A stretch of DNA of 64,000 bases from Antedon mediterranea (taxonomy: Eukaryota > Animalia > Echinodermata): positions 22,303,432-22,367,431 of the forward strand of contig NC_092679.1 in assembly GCF_964355755.1 (NCBI RefSeq). The letters run 5' to 3'. Under the pieces are notes generated by a model. The model did not search any database, was not told the DNA's origin, and saw nothing but the letters and a program-made list of their open reading frames with translations. Position numbers and translations under genes: made by a program. Of this stretch, positions 10,701 to 23,225 are shown in pieces. Position 1 is the stretch's first letter. Each line of letters opens with the position of its first letter.

Positions 10701-13700
10701 GTTTTAAGGTATCCTTTCAAATAGTCCCATCCCCAAAGTCGGCCCAATTTCGTGTTCTAGCGGGGGGGTGTGGGAGGATCGTGTTGTTGGGTTATACCAG
10801 AGGATACAATATACAGTATTACTATGAATAACAGTAACTCACTCTTGTAAGATAGCTAGGTTGTTTTGGGATTCCTTCAGGTCTTCTTCTAATTGGACTA
10901 ATTTAGATTGTTGTAAACTGTATATGTCTTGTAGTTCTGCACTTGGAAGCTTATTTGATTCAAGTTCACTAATAGCAGCATCCAGATCAGCTTCATCTAA
11001 AATTCAGGAAGGGTAAAAAAATAAAAAATGATAAACTAATAAAAATGTAAAAATAAAAATGTATTGGGTCCTGAAGGTGTCCCCTTAATAGGGGTTTAAT
11101 GAAATATGTTTCATATGACCTAAACTCAGGGAAAGCTGTAGTCTGGGTTCCAGACGGAGTTTTGTCTTAATATTAGTAAAAAGATAAATATTTTGGCACA
11201 TATGGCGTTTCATACGTATACTACTTGATTTTGGATACTCCGTCTGGGGAAACACGCACAAGTCACGTGGTTTGACACCAAGAATTCTTGGTGCATACGA
11301 TTATCCGGTTGACTAGTTTCAGCTGCATGCGATTGGATACTCACTCGTACACCGTTTTAATATTCATATTTCAGAATTTCAAAGACTCAACAACTAAGAT
11401 GATGCGCATGCGCTATGTTACGTTTAGACAACGTGTACTAATTGGGTACATTTATGAAAGTTTCTGAAGGCTAGAAATTATTTTATATGCCTAGTAGTCT
11501 GGTAAACATTTGATGGGATTTTTCCCAAGAACATGCTCGTCTTGATGTGATAGGCTAGCTTCTCCGCAATTCAAACATTGAATGGATCATTTATTACGCG
11601 GAGATAATTTTGATTTAATTCTCACCCAGACCCTGTCCTGTTCTGTGTGGTGGTGTAGCCCTGTTGTGTGCCGGTGGTATGTAGGCCTCGACCTTTATTG
11701 GCGTTTTATTTGGCAGGTCATACGTGCGAGTTGAGTAGGACCTACGAAAGAGGCCTAGGCCAAGGACTAAACAATTCATAAACAAAACAACTTGGCATTA
11801 CGATTTTATATTTCAACAGTCTCGATTGTATATTCAGCACTGTACGTATTCGATCTTTTTTCATTTTGAAACAAAATAATCATTTGTCTGTATTTTCAGA
11901 CAAAAATCGCAGTCGAAATAAAAACAAATAAATAATAAAAAAAGATAATACAGACTTGGGGCAAGTCTAGGAAAGCTGTGAAACACATCTTTCAAAAAAT
12001 AAAACACATAATACTTACATTTATCTAGTTGTTGGATATCAGTGTCAATTTGAATACAAGATTCTGAAAGGCTTTCCACTGACTTCTTTAGATGTTCATA
12101 ACGCTCCTGTAAAAACAAAATGTGTGTAATGAAGGAGAAATTTGTGGGTTCTTAATGAATAAGAAATTTGTGGGTTCTTTTTGGTCCTAAAGTGTCCCTT
12201 TAATAGAGGTTTTACTGTATGCAAACAAGACAGAATACTTACATTAACAGATGTATGTATGGATGATAGAACAAGACAGAATACTTACATTAACAGATGT
12301 ATGTATGGATGATAGAACAAGACAGAATACTTACATTAACAAATGTATATATGGATGATAGAACAAGACAGAATACTTACATTAACAGATGTATGTATGG
12401 ATGATAGAACAAGACAGAATACTTACATTAACAGATATATGTATGGATGATAGAACAAGCCAGAATACTTACATTAACAGATGTATGTATGGATGATAGA
12501 ACAAGACAGAATACTTACATTAACAGATGTATGTATGGATGATAGAACAAGACAGAATACTTACATTAACAGATGTATGTATGGATGATAGAACAAGACA
12601 GAATACTTACATTAACAGATGTATGTATGGATGATAGAACAAGACAGAATACTTACATTAACAGATGTATGTATGGATGATAGAACAAGCCAGAATACTT
12701 ACATTAACAGATGTATGTATGGATGATAGAACAAGCCAGAATACTTACATTAACAGATATATGTATGGATGATAGAACAAGCCAGAATACTTACATTAAC
12801 AGATGTATGTATGGATGATAGAACAAGCCAGAATACTTACATTAACAGATATATGTATGGATGATAGAACAAGCCAGAATACTTACATTAACAGATGTAT
12901 GTATGGATGATAGAACAAGCCAGAATACTTACATTAACAGATATATGTATGGATGATAGAACAAGCCAGAATACTTACATTAACAGATGTATGTATGGAT
13001 GATAGAACAAGCCAGAATACTTACATTAACAGATGTATGTATGGATGATAGAACAAGACAGAATACTTACATTAACAGATGTATGTATGGATGATAGAAC
13101 AAGACAGAATACTTACATTAACAGATGTATGTATGGATGATAGAACAAGCCAGAATACTTACATTAACAGATGTATGTATGGATGATAGAACAAGACAGA
13201 ATACTTACATTAACAGATGTATGTATGGATGATAGAACAAGCCAGAATACTTACATTAACAGATGTATGTATGGATGATAGAACAAGACAGAATACTTAC
13301 ATTAACAGATGTATGTATGGATGATAGAACAAGCCAGAATACTTACATTAACAGATGTATGTATGGATGATAGAACTTTAGATTTCCATTCTTTCCAACT
13401 TGATTTCATCATCTTTTTACAGACCTGTTGCAATTTCTGAATTCTTTTCTCAAAATCTCTTAATTCTTCAGACTAAATAACAAAAACGAGGGTAAAAATG
13501 ATACACGTAAATATATTCTTGCCATTTGATTGGACGATTGTGGATCACATGGCATTCAATAGTATACAAATAATTAATGTTTATGAGTGGATGAATGGTA
13601 CAAAAAATACCATTGAGGTGATGATAAAAGGTTATATTTCCAAGTAATAATTTCATTTGGTGAAATGTGAAATCTCATTTCACAATAGCTTTTCATCTTT

Positions 13701-16700
13701 TATACCTTATGGAATTATTTGTACCATTCCACTCATAAACATTCATTATTTGTACCATTCCACTCATAAACATTTATTATTTGTATATAGTAATCTTGTA
13801 TATTCTATTTGATAGATTTTTAGAAAGAAAGAAAAAAGACTTACACCAACTATCATTATATGGTTCATTTCTTCTTTATTGAATAACTTCTCTGTTAGTT
13901 CTTGAACTGATTTTTCCATTCTATTAAACAATTTTTTACAAAAATAAAACTTTTTTCTTCAGTTCTACAAATTATTTATTATTATTGTTAGGCACATTTG
14001 TCTAGTGAATTTTATCTCTGAAATACAATCCATTCACACAAGAGACAAACAAAGCCCTAAGCTCTGTCTACACTATCAAACTTAATGTGACAAAAAAATG
14101 TGATGTGCCTATATATGGACATGATGATGTTCATATTTGGGCACATCACAGTATTGTATTGTAGACAGAGATTTGAACAAGTTGTTCAGGGTGGAGTTGT
14201 TTTGTCATGAGAAAAAATCCTGATATTGGACAGAATTTGAACCAAGGGTTCAGGATGGTATGTATAGTTCGTTTGTTTAAATTAGGATTATGTCCTACAC
14301 ACGAATAGCAGGGTCATCTAAGCATCTCACAGAGACAACCCCATTCTCTTAGACAAAAGAAAATGCTTAGCAAGCAAAGCTTTTCACGATTTAACCGGAC
14401 TTACGTGTTGGTGTTTTGGCGGACATATTCCACTGCCCAATCATACATCTTACATTTTGGAGCATCAATACATGATGTTCGCAGACGGTTAACTAGCGTA
14501 TTTGGCTCGGAACCCTAAAAAAAAAGAGCATTATCATAGTAATAAATCTTACACCTCCTCATTGGGATTGGAAGGCATGTATACCACCAAGCCACAGCTC
14601 CACTACAAAAGACAATGAAAAATAGTAATTTCTGACATGGTTGGTATAAAATAAATCCGGAAACAGATTGAGCAAGCTGTAATATTTGCAAAACAAAATT
14701 ATGAACTATTACTGTACCTCTATTACTGGCATCACACTTCTTCTGATATTGTTAACAGATGGCAGAGAGGTCAAATTGGCAAAGAAGTTCTCCAAGACCT
14801 CTCCAACAGTTATCTCATTTCCAGCAGATTTGGTCTACAAAGAGAATATTGTTGTGTTTAAATATTCATTTTACAAATTCTGTGGGTCAGAGAAAAAGGG
14901 ATGTTGTGTAGAAATGAGTTGAATAAAGACGCAGTGTACAAAAAGCAGAGTAACCAATGAAAAGAGGCCAATTTGGAGAATTTATCATTTCAAAGCTGAA
15001 GAACAAGTTTAGTTATAACTTAATCTATAACAATAAAAAGCAGAGTTGGCCATTTCAAAACTGAAGAAAAAACAGGTATGCCTTTACCATATTGAGAAAG
15101 CTGAAGTTTTCGGTTCGTTCAAGCTTGGAGATGTTTGACTTCTGACTAACATCTGCCTGGCTGTTTAATTTTGTGCCAACTGAAAAATAGAAATTTCATT
15201 AATTATTATATTACAATCTTTAAAATTGGTTGAATTATTGAATTTATGCTGCAAATAAATTACAGAGATATGGAAGAAATATCAGAAAAGGCTTTTGTAA
15301 TGTAAATTTTGAGGGCATCCCTTACCATCAATATCAAGAAAATTTGTGGTTGCAGTTAGCTCAAGATTTTCAAGCTCCTCTATTTCATCTGGTGGTAACT
15401 CTTCTAGAATCCCTTTCATATCATGATTCTCATTTCCCTTAAACGAATCGCCTAAATCAGTTTTAATGAATTTGCTCTTTGACTCAAAACACACTTCCTG
15501 CTTTCTCTTTGACCTTTGAACATCCTCCAGAGAATCTGACATTTCTTGGCTGTCGTCTGTGTTACTGGGTATAGTAAAAGTACCATCATTCTCAACCTTT
15601 ATTGTGAAAGTTTCTGAAGCGGAACAATTATTCGTGTCCAAGATTTCCTTTTCTGCTAAACTCATTTTAGGAAATCCAACCTCTTCATCAGATTCTGCCA
15701 TTCTATCTGGACATAGAGATGATTCTGGAGTACTTCCATATGATGCTTCATTTTTTTTATTCTTAATTTCTATGTCAGTATCTTGAGAAGTCTGCACATG
15801 TGGACTTTCAATGTCACATCTTTTTAAACGCTCAACATCGGTTGTCTCCACATTTTTTACCAATTGTTCATTATGTTGTATTTTCTTCTCTTCAATGATG
15901 CTTATCTGGTTCTGACCAGTAGATGTCGTTTTCATTTTGTCTGTTATCACTGATACATTCATTTCAGAATCAGTTAGAATGCTGGCACTTTCTACACAGG
16001 ATGTAAGTTCCATTTTCCCAGAATTTTCTAAATTAAATGTAGTTTGATTTGGATAAAGCTCTGCTGTTTCGTCTGGTACAATTCCTCCAACACAAGATGT
16101 AAACTCCATCCTTCCAGTCTTTTCACATGTGCTATCAGTAGCTACTTCATCCATATTTTGTACTGGCATTTTCTCTTGAATGTTTGGGGCGAGTTCTCCA
16201 ACACAAGAAGTTAATTCCATTCGTCCAGTATTTTCTCCTGCACCAAACACAGTTGTCTCTGAAAGTGAGGTTCTGCCTTTAATCATTGGTGTTTTCCCTT
16301 GACTTGGCAGAAGTCCACCAACACAGGAAGTTAATTCCATTCTTCCAGTATTTTCTCCCGCACCAAACACAGTTGTCGTTTCTGAAAGTGAGCTTCTGTC
16401 TTTAACCATTGGGGTTTTCCCTTGACTTGGCAGAAGTCCACCAACACAGGAAGTTAATTCCATTCTTCCAGTATTTTCTCCCGCACCAAACACAGTTGTC
16501 GTTTCTGAAAGTGAGGTTCTGTCTTTAACCATTTGGGTTTTTCCTTGACTTGGCAGAAGTCCACCAACACAGGAAGTTAATTCCATTCGTCCAGTATTTT
16601 CTCCTGCACCAAATACAGTTGTTGTCTCTGAAAGTGACGTTCTGCCTTTAACCATTGGTGTTTTTCCTTGACTTGGCAGAAGTCCACCAACACAAGAAGT

Positions 16701-19700
16701 TAATTCCATTCGTCCAGTATTTTCTGCTGCACCAAATACAGTTGTCTCTGAAAGTGAGGTTCTGTCTTTAACCATTGGTGTTTTTCCTTGACTTGGCAGA
16801 AGTCCACCAACACAAGAAGTTAATTCCATTCGTCCAGTATTTTCTCCTGCACCAAATACAGTTGTCTCTGAAAGTGAGGTTCTGTCTTTAACCATTGGGG
16901 TTTTTCCTTGACTTGGCAGAAGTCCACCAACACAAGAAGTTAATTCCATTCGTCCAGTATTTTCTCCTGCACCAAATACAGTTGTCTCTGAAAGTGAGGT
17001 TCTGTCTTTAACCATTGGGGTTTTTCCTTGACTTGGCAGAAGTCCACCAACACAGGAAGTTAATTCCATTCGTCCAGTATTTTCTCCTGCACCAAATACA
17101 GTTGTTGTCTCTGAAAGTGACGTTCTGCCTCCTTTAACCATTGGGGTTTTTCCTTGACTTGGCAGAAGTCCACCAAAACAGGAAGTTAATTCCATTCGTC
17201 CAGTATTTTCTCCTGCACCAAATACAGTTGTTGTCTCTGAAAGTGACGTTCTGCCTCCTTTAACCATTGGTGTTTTTCCTTGACTCGGCAGAAGTCCACC
17301 AACACAAGAAGTTAATTCCATTCGTCCAGTATTTTCTCCTGCACCAAATACAGTTGTCTCTGAAAGTGAGGTTCTGCCTTTAATCATTGGGGTTTTTCCT
17401 TGACTTGGCAGAAGTCCACCAACACAAGAAGTTAATTCCATTCGTCCAGTATTTTCTCCTGCACCAAATACAGTTGTTGTCTCTGAAAGTGACGTTCTGC
17501 CTTTAACCATTGGTGTTTTTCCTTGACTTGGCCGAAGTCCACCAACACAAGAAGTTAATTCCATTCTTCCAGTATTTTCTCCTGCACCAAATACAGTTGT
17601 CTCTGAAAGTGAGGTTCTGCCTTTAATCATTGGTGTTTTTCCTTGACTTGGCAGAAGTCCACCAACACAAGAAGTTAATTCCATTCGTCCAGTATTTTCT
17701 CCTGCACCAAATACAGTTGTCTCTGAAAGTGAGGTTCTGTCTTTAACCATTGGGGTTTTTCCTTGACTTGGCAGAAGTCCACCAACACAGGAAGTTAATT
17801 CCATTCGTCCAGTATTTTCTCCTGCACCAAATACAGTTTTTGTCTCTGAAAGTGAGGTTCTGCCTTTAACCATTGGTGTTTTTCCTTGACTTGGCAGAAG
17901 TCCACCAACACAGGAAGTTAATTCCATTCTTCCAGTATTTTCTCCTGCACCAAATACAGTTGTTGTTTCTGAAAGTGAGGTTCTGCCTTTAATCATTGGG
18001 GTTTTTCCTTGACTTGGCAGAAGTCCACCAACACAAGAAGTTAATTCCATTCGTCCAGTATTTTCTCCTGCACCAAATACAGTTGTTGTCTCTGAAAGTG
18101 ACGTTCTGCCTTTAACCATTGGTGTTTTTCCTTGACTTGGCCGAAGTCCACCAACACAAGAAGTTAATTCCATTCTTCCAGTATTTTCTCCTGCACCAAA
18201 TACAGTTGTCTCTGAAAGTGAGGTTCTGCCTTTAATCATTGGTGTTTTTCCTTGACTTGGCAGAAGTCCACCAACACAAGAAGTTAATTCCATTCGTCCA
18301 GTATTTTCTCCTGCACCAAATACAGTTGTCTCTGAAAGTGAGGTTCTGTCTTTAACCATTGGGGTTTTTCCTTGACTTGGCAGAAGTCCACCAACACAGG
18401 AAGTTAATTCCATTCGTCCAGTATTTTCTCCTGCACCAAATACAGTTGTTGTCTCTGAAAGTGAGGTTCTGCCTTTAACCATTGGTGTTTTTCCTTGACT
18501 TGGCAGAAGTCCACCAACACAGGAAGTTAATTCCATTCTTCCAGTATTTTCTCCTGCACCAAATACAGTTGTTGTTTCTGAAAGTGAGGTTCTGCCTTTA
18601 ATCATTGGTGTTTTTCCTTGACTTGGCAGAAGTCCACCAACACAAGAAGTTAATTCCATGCGTCCCGTATTTTCTCCCGCACCAAACACAGTTTGTTCTT
18701 CTGATTTAGACACACACGTTTCCCGACCGGATACGGAATCCGGAAGATTTGGGCAAAAACTGTTCTGCACAGAAGGTTGAAACGGAGTACTAGTATACTT
18801 CGGTCTAATAACCTGGCCAACATTAGCTGTGAAGTCAACACCTAAAGTAAAGTTGTGAGCAGGTGCTACATGTGTACCATTTAAGTCTTTTTTACCGTCT
18901 ACATCCATTGTGGAATAATTAACACTCTGTCTACTCATGTTCTCATCATCAGCTTCTTGGATTATGCTTAAAGACTTATTCTGGAATGACACTTTATTGC
19001 CTTGAACGAAATGGTTTGGCAACTGTATCTGTCCAAGAGGTGCCGTCTCATCCATGTCTGTATCTCCATCAAACATGACTGTCTGATTACCCACAGTGTC
19101 TCTTGGTTCCAAATCTTTACAAAGCGTCTCCTTTACATTTCCGATACATTCAGTCATATCCATCAGTTCAGCATTGTCTGTTGTAAAGAGTTGCGTTTGG
19201 TCTTCTGGCAGATTATTTTTAAATGTTTGCACAGAAGCACCACATGGCACGCACTCAGTGATGTCCATATCAGCTTGGGCCTCGTCGCAGAAAACTTTAG
19301 TCACTTCAACTGTGAAATAACGATAAACATAATAAGTCTTAAATTTCTATCAACAATTTCACATAGAAGCTTTCTAGTTGAACCTAAAAAACATGGAATG
19401 GATATTGAGCATTAATTAATTAAATGCAGTACTGTATTATAACTTATAAGTACCCACATTTTGCATGAAAATTTTGCATATAAGCAAACTCAAATACAAT
19501 GTTAGTAGCTGCATTGCTTGTTATCCTTTAGGTAAGAAACTTATGTTTGACTCTCTCCACCCAAACGTACAAATGGGTTCCCAGAAAGGTCAAAACTTAA
19601 TTGCGCTGATTACTACTTGCATGGGAGTATGGCTCCGTACGTGTGATCCAAAAATGACCGGGGTAATAATATAAAGCGCTTAGAGGCTTTTTGTGCAATA

Positions 19701-22659
19701 CGCACTATAAGATGTATTATTATATTTAAATGTGTTACCTTCTAGTTCTAGATCACTTCTTTTAGCTGCAAACAATTGAGAATGAGCTTCATTCTCTTTG
19801 TCGATACCAGTGTTTGACATCAATTCCATATCTGTCCTGTATTTGATTAACTGGCTAACTTTGGTTTTGGAAGGATCACTGCAGACAAAGCTTACATTAG
19901 AATTATTAGAATTGTTATGGTAAGAGTCAACGGCAGACGCTAGTTCAGATAAACCTTCAGATTGAGGATCATTTATTGTAGGCTTTGAAGTCATCAAGCT
20001 TCTAAGAAAGTCACCAGCATTGGTCTTCTGACTTTTCTGCTCTGTTGTTGAAGAATCCATCAAACCGCCATAACAAGTGGTGATCTCCATGAATCCTGTA
20101 GTGTCATCGCTTCCAAAGACTCGTGTCTGATCCATGGCATCAGCTCTTTGCGCGATGTCACCTGGTTCTGTAGCAGAACTGCTGTTAAAAGATGCTGGCA
20201 TTAGGCAAGAGTAGGTCGGGCCGACAAATGTCGGGTTTGGTATGTCAATCTCATGTTGCATGGAGCCATCGCTGCTGTCAGACGACGTACTCCTAAACCT
20301 CTGTCGTGTCTGGTTAGTCTCCATCTCAGTCAGAATGGCACCATGTGTTTGAGTGAAGTCCATTGTCATTGTCAGTTCTTTAGGTGGACTTTCTTGTTGC
20401 ATAATGAAGTCATCTGGTGTAGTCTGTGCTGGCTGTGTTTTAATTGGCGCCGACAGTAAAGAATCAAGGCCTATGCAGAAAGATAAAAAAATTGTTTAAT
20501 CAAAGATGTTATATAATAATATATTTTAGAATATTTTTTGAAGGACACTATAAAGTTACAATTTTTTTTTTTTAGATAAATCTATCTCTTCTACCTTGAA
20601 TTGTATGGCCAACTTCTTCATCACTGAAAAAAAAAATTTAATTTAAGATGTGTTATTTTATATGAGCTTAAATTAAATAGTTAATCATTTTGTTTTTTAT
20701 TAAACAACAATGGATTTATTTATGTATTAAATCATTAGGAAAATATTTTGGGCTAGCCCTAGCACAGTTCAAACTAGTAAAAGTCTTACAACACTGTATT
20801 GAAATATTTTCTTACCATATTTCTGAGGATGTTTGTTTAGCCTGATTATTACATGGAGAGTTCAACAACCCAAGAGTATGTGCATCTTTATCATTTAAAA
20901 ACTCGCTGTAAAATTAAATATTTAACTAGAATATTATTTTAATATTTTTGATATAACATTACAAGAGTATGAACAAGTACAGGAAAAATCGATGACGCTT
21001 ATTAATTGGTGTTTTTCTTTTCTAAATCCCTGTGATGATAGGTACTGTACCTGATTGATAAAAAGCATACAGTAGTCGGCTTGTTTTATGTTTTTTTGTA
21101 TTATTTATTTATACTGGGTGACTTCTTCAGTTAAAAGACTGGTCTCCCAGAGGGCCCAGTTATGATCAGAGACTGTGTGTGTGTATTGTACACCATGGTA
21201 ACCCACTACTTATCTCGAAAGATGTAATAGGTTCTTTAAAGTGCACATGGGCTAGATGTGTGGACAATTATTATTCATTCATTCATTTCCTTATATTTTG
21301 GATAGGATATCCATATAACAATACATACAGAACAAAAAAAAATGTTTAAATTATAATTTAAAAAATAATAAAATCTTACCGAACAGACATGGTATCAGCA
21401 AAACTGACTCTCTTTGATAAACGCTTTGCTTTCGCCTCTCTAAAGAAAGAATTGACAAAATATGACATTATTACACTGTAATTATTATTACACTACATTA
21501 TTTTGCTGTTGGTTGGGTTTGGAAATAAAATTAAAAAAAACAAAAAACTAACAAATCCAGGTTAAAGGTGTTTTCACATTGCGTCTGAATTCAGTCAGAC
21601 CAATCAACAGTGAGCATTAATAAACTAGTTTGACACCGGATAACCAAATTGTGAAATCACGCTCAATGCTTGCGAAATTGTTCTCAGGCTTCCAGACCGA
21701 ATTTTGTCGCGATGTGAAAGCCGCTTAAGCAGGCACACGTCCAGTTTTAAGCCCTTATTTTATACTTATAAACATATTAAGATTAATTAAATGTTAAAAT
21801 CATCTAATATACATACCTAGCAGTTTCATTAACATGGTTAGGATCTAAATCTCCAAGGGCTGTACGAACAGGAGACATACTAATCTTCAAAATCTGTAAA
21901 AGACACAATTTTACATTAAATACGTCAATCATTATCATAGGACACCAGGAAGGTACAGGGTTGATAATGTTTATACCTGTTTACTATGTGTATACAAATA
22001 TACTTCAAAAGCTCTCTTAAGCTCTGTCCGCACTATCAAACTTTATGTGACAAAAAAATGCGATGTGGCCATATGGACATGATGATGTCATATCACTACC
22101 ATATTTGGGCACACTTTTTTGTCAAACTAGTTTGGTAGGTAATATAAATAATATATGAATTAATGTAGTATGTATATTCAATTTAAATATAATAGTATGT
22201 ATTCAATGAGTTTTACTGTATGATATCTTTTCACAAAAAAAAAACATGCTCAGTGGGAACTATAGCTTGCTTACATCAGGAGTTGTATGTGTTAGGTTAA
22301 ACAGCCTGAATAATAGTGATCAGATTTACATAACTTTGAATCTAGTTAAGAGTGACAACAACTTTTACTCACAGATGATCGGCGACTTCTCTTCTTTCTG
22401 TTATTTCTGCTGATAAAGGAAAAAAATATGCAAATTGGACTTCCTTGTTGATATAACATAATAAATATGGTGCATTAAAATCAATAATTTTATAATAAAT
22501 TAGGCCCTCTCTAGGACTAGCCTAGCCTCTAGGTGTATCTAATTAAGTATAAATTATAATATAAATGACAGAGTTTAAATACGATGTATTCATTATTAAT
22601 ATTAATTACTATTAGTTTACACACCTATTCTTTGATGTAGTTGTATTTTCCCCTTCCAT
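7743..22659 (-). CDS. KNL1: Kinetochore scaffold 1 (KNL1/CASC5/Spc105), multi-exon, including a ~4-kb exon 19309-15326
   Basis: Spliced N-terminus MEGENTTTSKNSRNNRKKRSRRSS|ILK...KRLSKRVSFAD has the SILK and RVSF PP1-docking motifs (exons 22659-22625, 22409-22373, 21893-21817, 21439-21380). More than 25 TxxF-MELT modules follow, then coiled-coil exons (e.g. 13472-13347) and RWD-like C-terminal exons ending ...GYSYFKKLVEAVDDFVDKRCKDDSDDGNLQ* (TAA at 7743-7745). Confidence 0.93.
9311..9858 (+). mobile_element. 5'-truncated non-LTR retrotransposon 3' end (Rex1/Babar-like) inserted into a MITE
   Basis: KAQRRIYFLRRLKSFG...FYRSVIESVITYSLTVWFG...HFHPASSMFQLMRSGRRFRSIK...SFFP is a typical post-RT C-terminus. 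It is followed by AATAAA and an (ACTTG)n tail, and flanked by TGACAT (9305-9310, 9855-9860) inside a MITE copy. Confidence 0.8.
12224..13376 (-). repeat. 46-bp minisatellite, 25 copies; each unit is the last 30 nt of a KNL1 exon plus the first 16 nt of the intron (includes the GTAAGT donor)
   Basis: Plus-strand unit AACAAG(A/C)CAGAATACTTACATTAACAGATGTATGTATGGATGATAG with exact 46-nt period from 12224 to 13373; the last unit overlaps exon 13347-13472. Confidence 0.97.
13564..13785. mobile_element. Small TIR element (MITE) in a KNL1 intron
   Basis: TACAAATAATTAATGTTTATGAGTGG...ATGGTACAAAA is mirrored by TTGTACCATTCCACTCATAAACATTCATTATTTGTA; the right arm is duplicated; a related half-copy lies near 8320. 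Confidence 0.55.
16195..18695 (-). repeat. Coding tandem repeat: 21 near-identical 120-126-bp units, each encoding one MELT module of KNL1
   Basis: Unit TTVFGAGENTGRMELTSCVGGLLPSQGKTPM(I/V)K(G/D)RTSLSET(T); 21 copies counted in ORF 15282-19304. Confidence 0.97.
21566..21725. mobile_element. PIF/Harbinger-like MITE (second family)
   Basis: Imperfect TIR AGGTGTTTTCACATTGCG / CGCGATGTGAAAGCCGCT with TAA on both flanks. Confidence 0.5.
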
Positions 22660-23225
22660 TTTCTGAAAAATAAAATGTGAAACAATTCATTTTTATTTTA
22701 ATTTTGATGAAACTTTATTTTAAATTCAGGAACAGCTCTTCTTCTTATACCATAATAATTAATAAATACAGGCTACTACAGCAATACATTCAAGAGACCT
22801 CTACAAAAAATATAAAATAGTTATACAGTAGAACATCCACAGTGTTGGTGGGTAGGCCTCGTTACACACTATAGCCTAGGCTGGCTACCTAGCTAGGACC
22901 CGTGGCCGTGGGTCGCCCGTAGGTGGTGGATGGGCGCGCCCTTTATATAGTAAGTAGGCCTAGCTAGGCCCTACTACTAGACTAGGGCTAGGCTAGGCCT
23001 ACTACTAGCCTTTTTAGTAGCTAGGCCTAGCTAGGCTAGCCTAGCCTATAGTTAATCTAGCCCAACTGGCAGCTAGTAAAGAGACGAATATTTAAAACTA
23101 GTGATTGCAAATTATACAAAATATAAAACAAACTTTGTTTATATTTCAAAATCTGTATAGAGGCCTAGAGTTCTGCTGTAATCCGCAATATTTCATAGAT
23201 TCTTTTTTGTTGTCACTTCTCGAAA

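Noticed and set aside
11139-11250. TAGTCTGGGTTCCAGACGGAGT...ACTCCGTCTGG inverted repeat suggesting an Academ-like MITE
   Set aside because: No matching right terminus or TSD could be found.
12224-13376. CRISPR-like appearance of the 46-bp array (also the 20-bp array at 41632-42380)
   Set aside because: The units are contiguous with no unique spacers, there are no cas genes, and the context is a eukaryotic intron or intergenic region.
21190-21270. Shared GGTAACCCAC(C)TACT..TC.GAAAGATG segment (also at about 44140-44180), possibly a SINE core domain
   Set aside because: Too short and diverged to name a family or set boundaries without a search.
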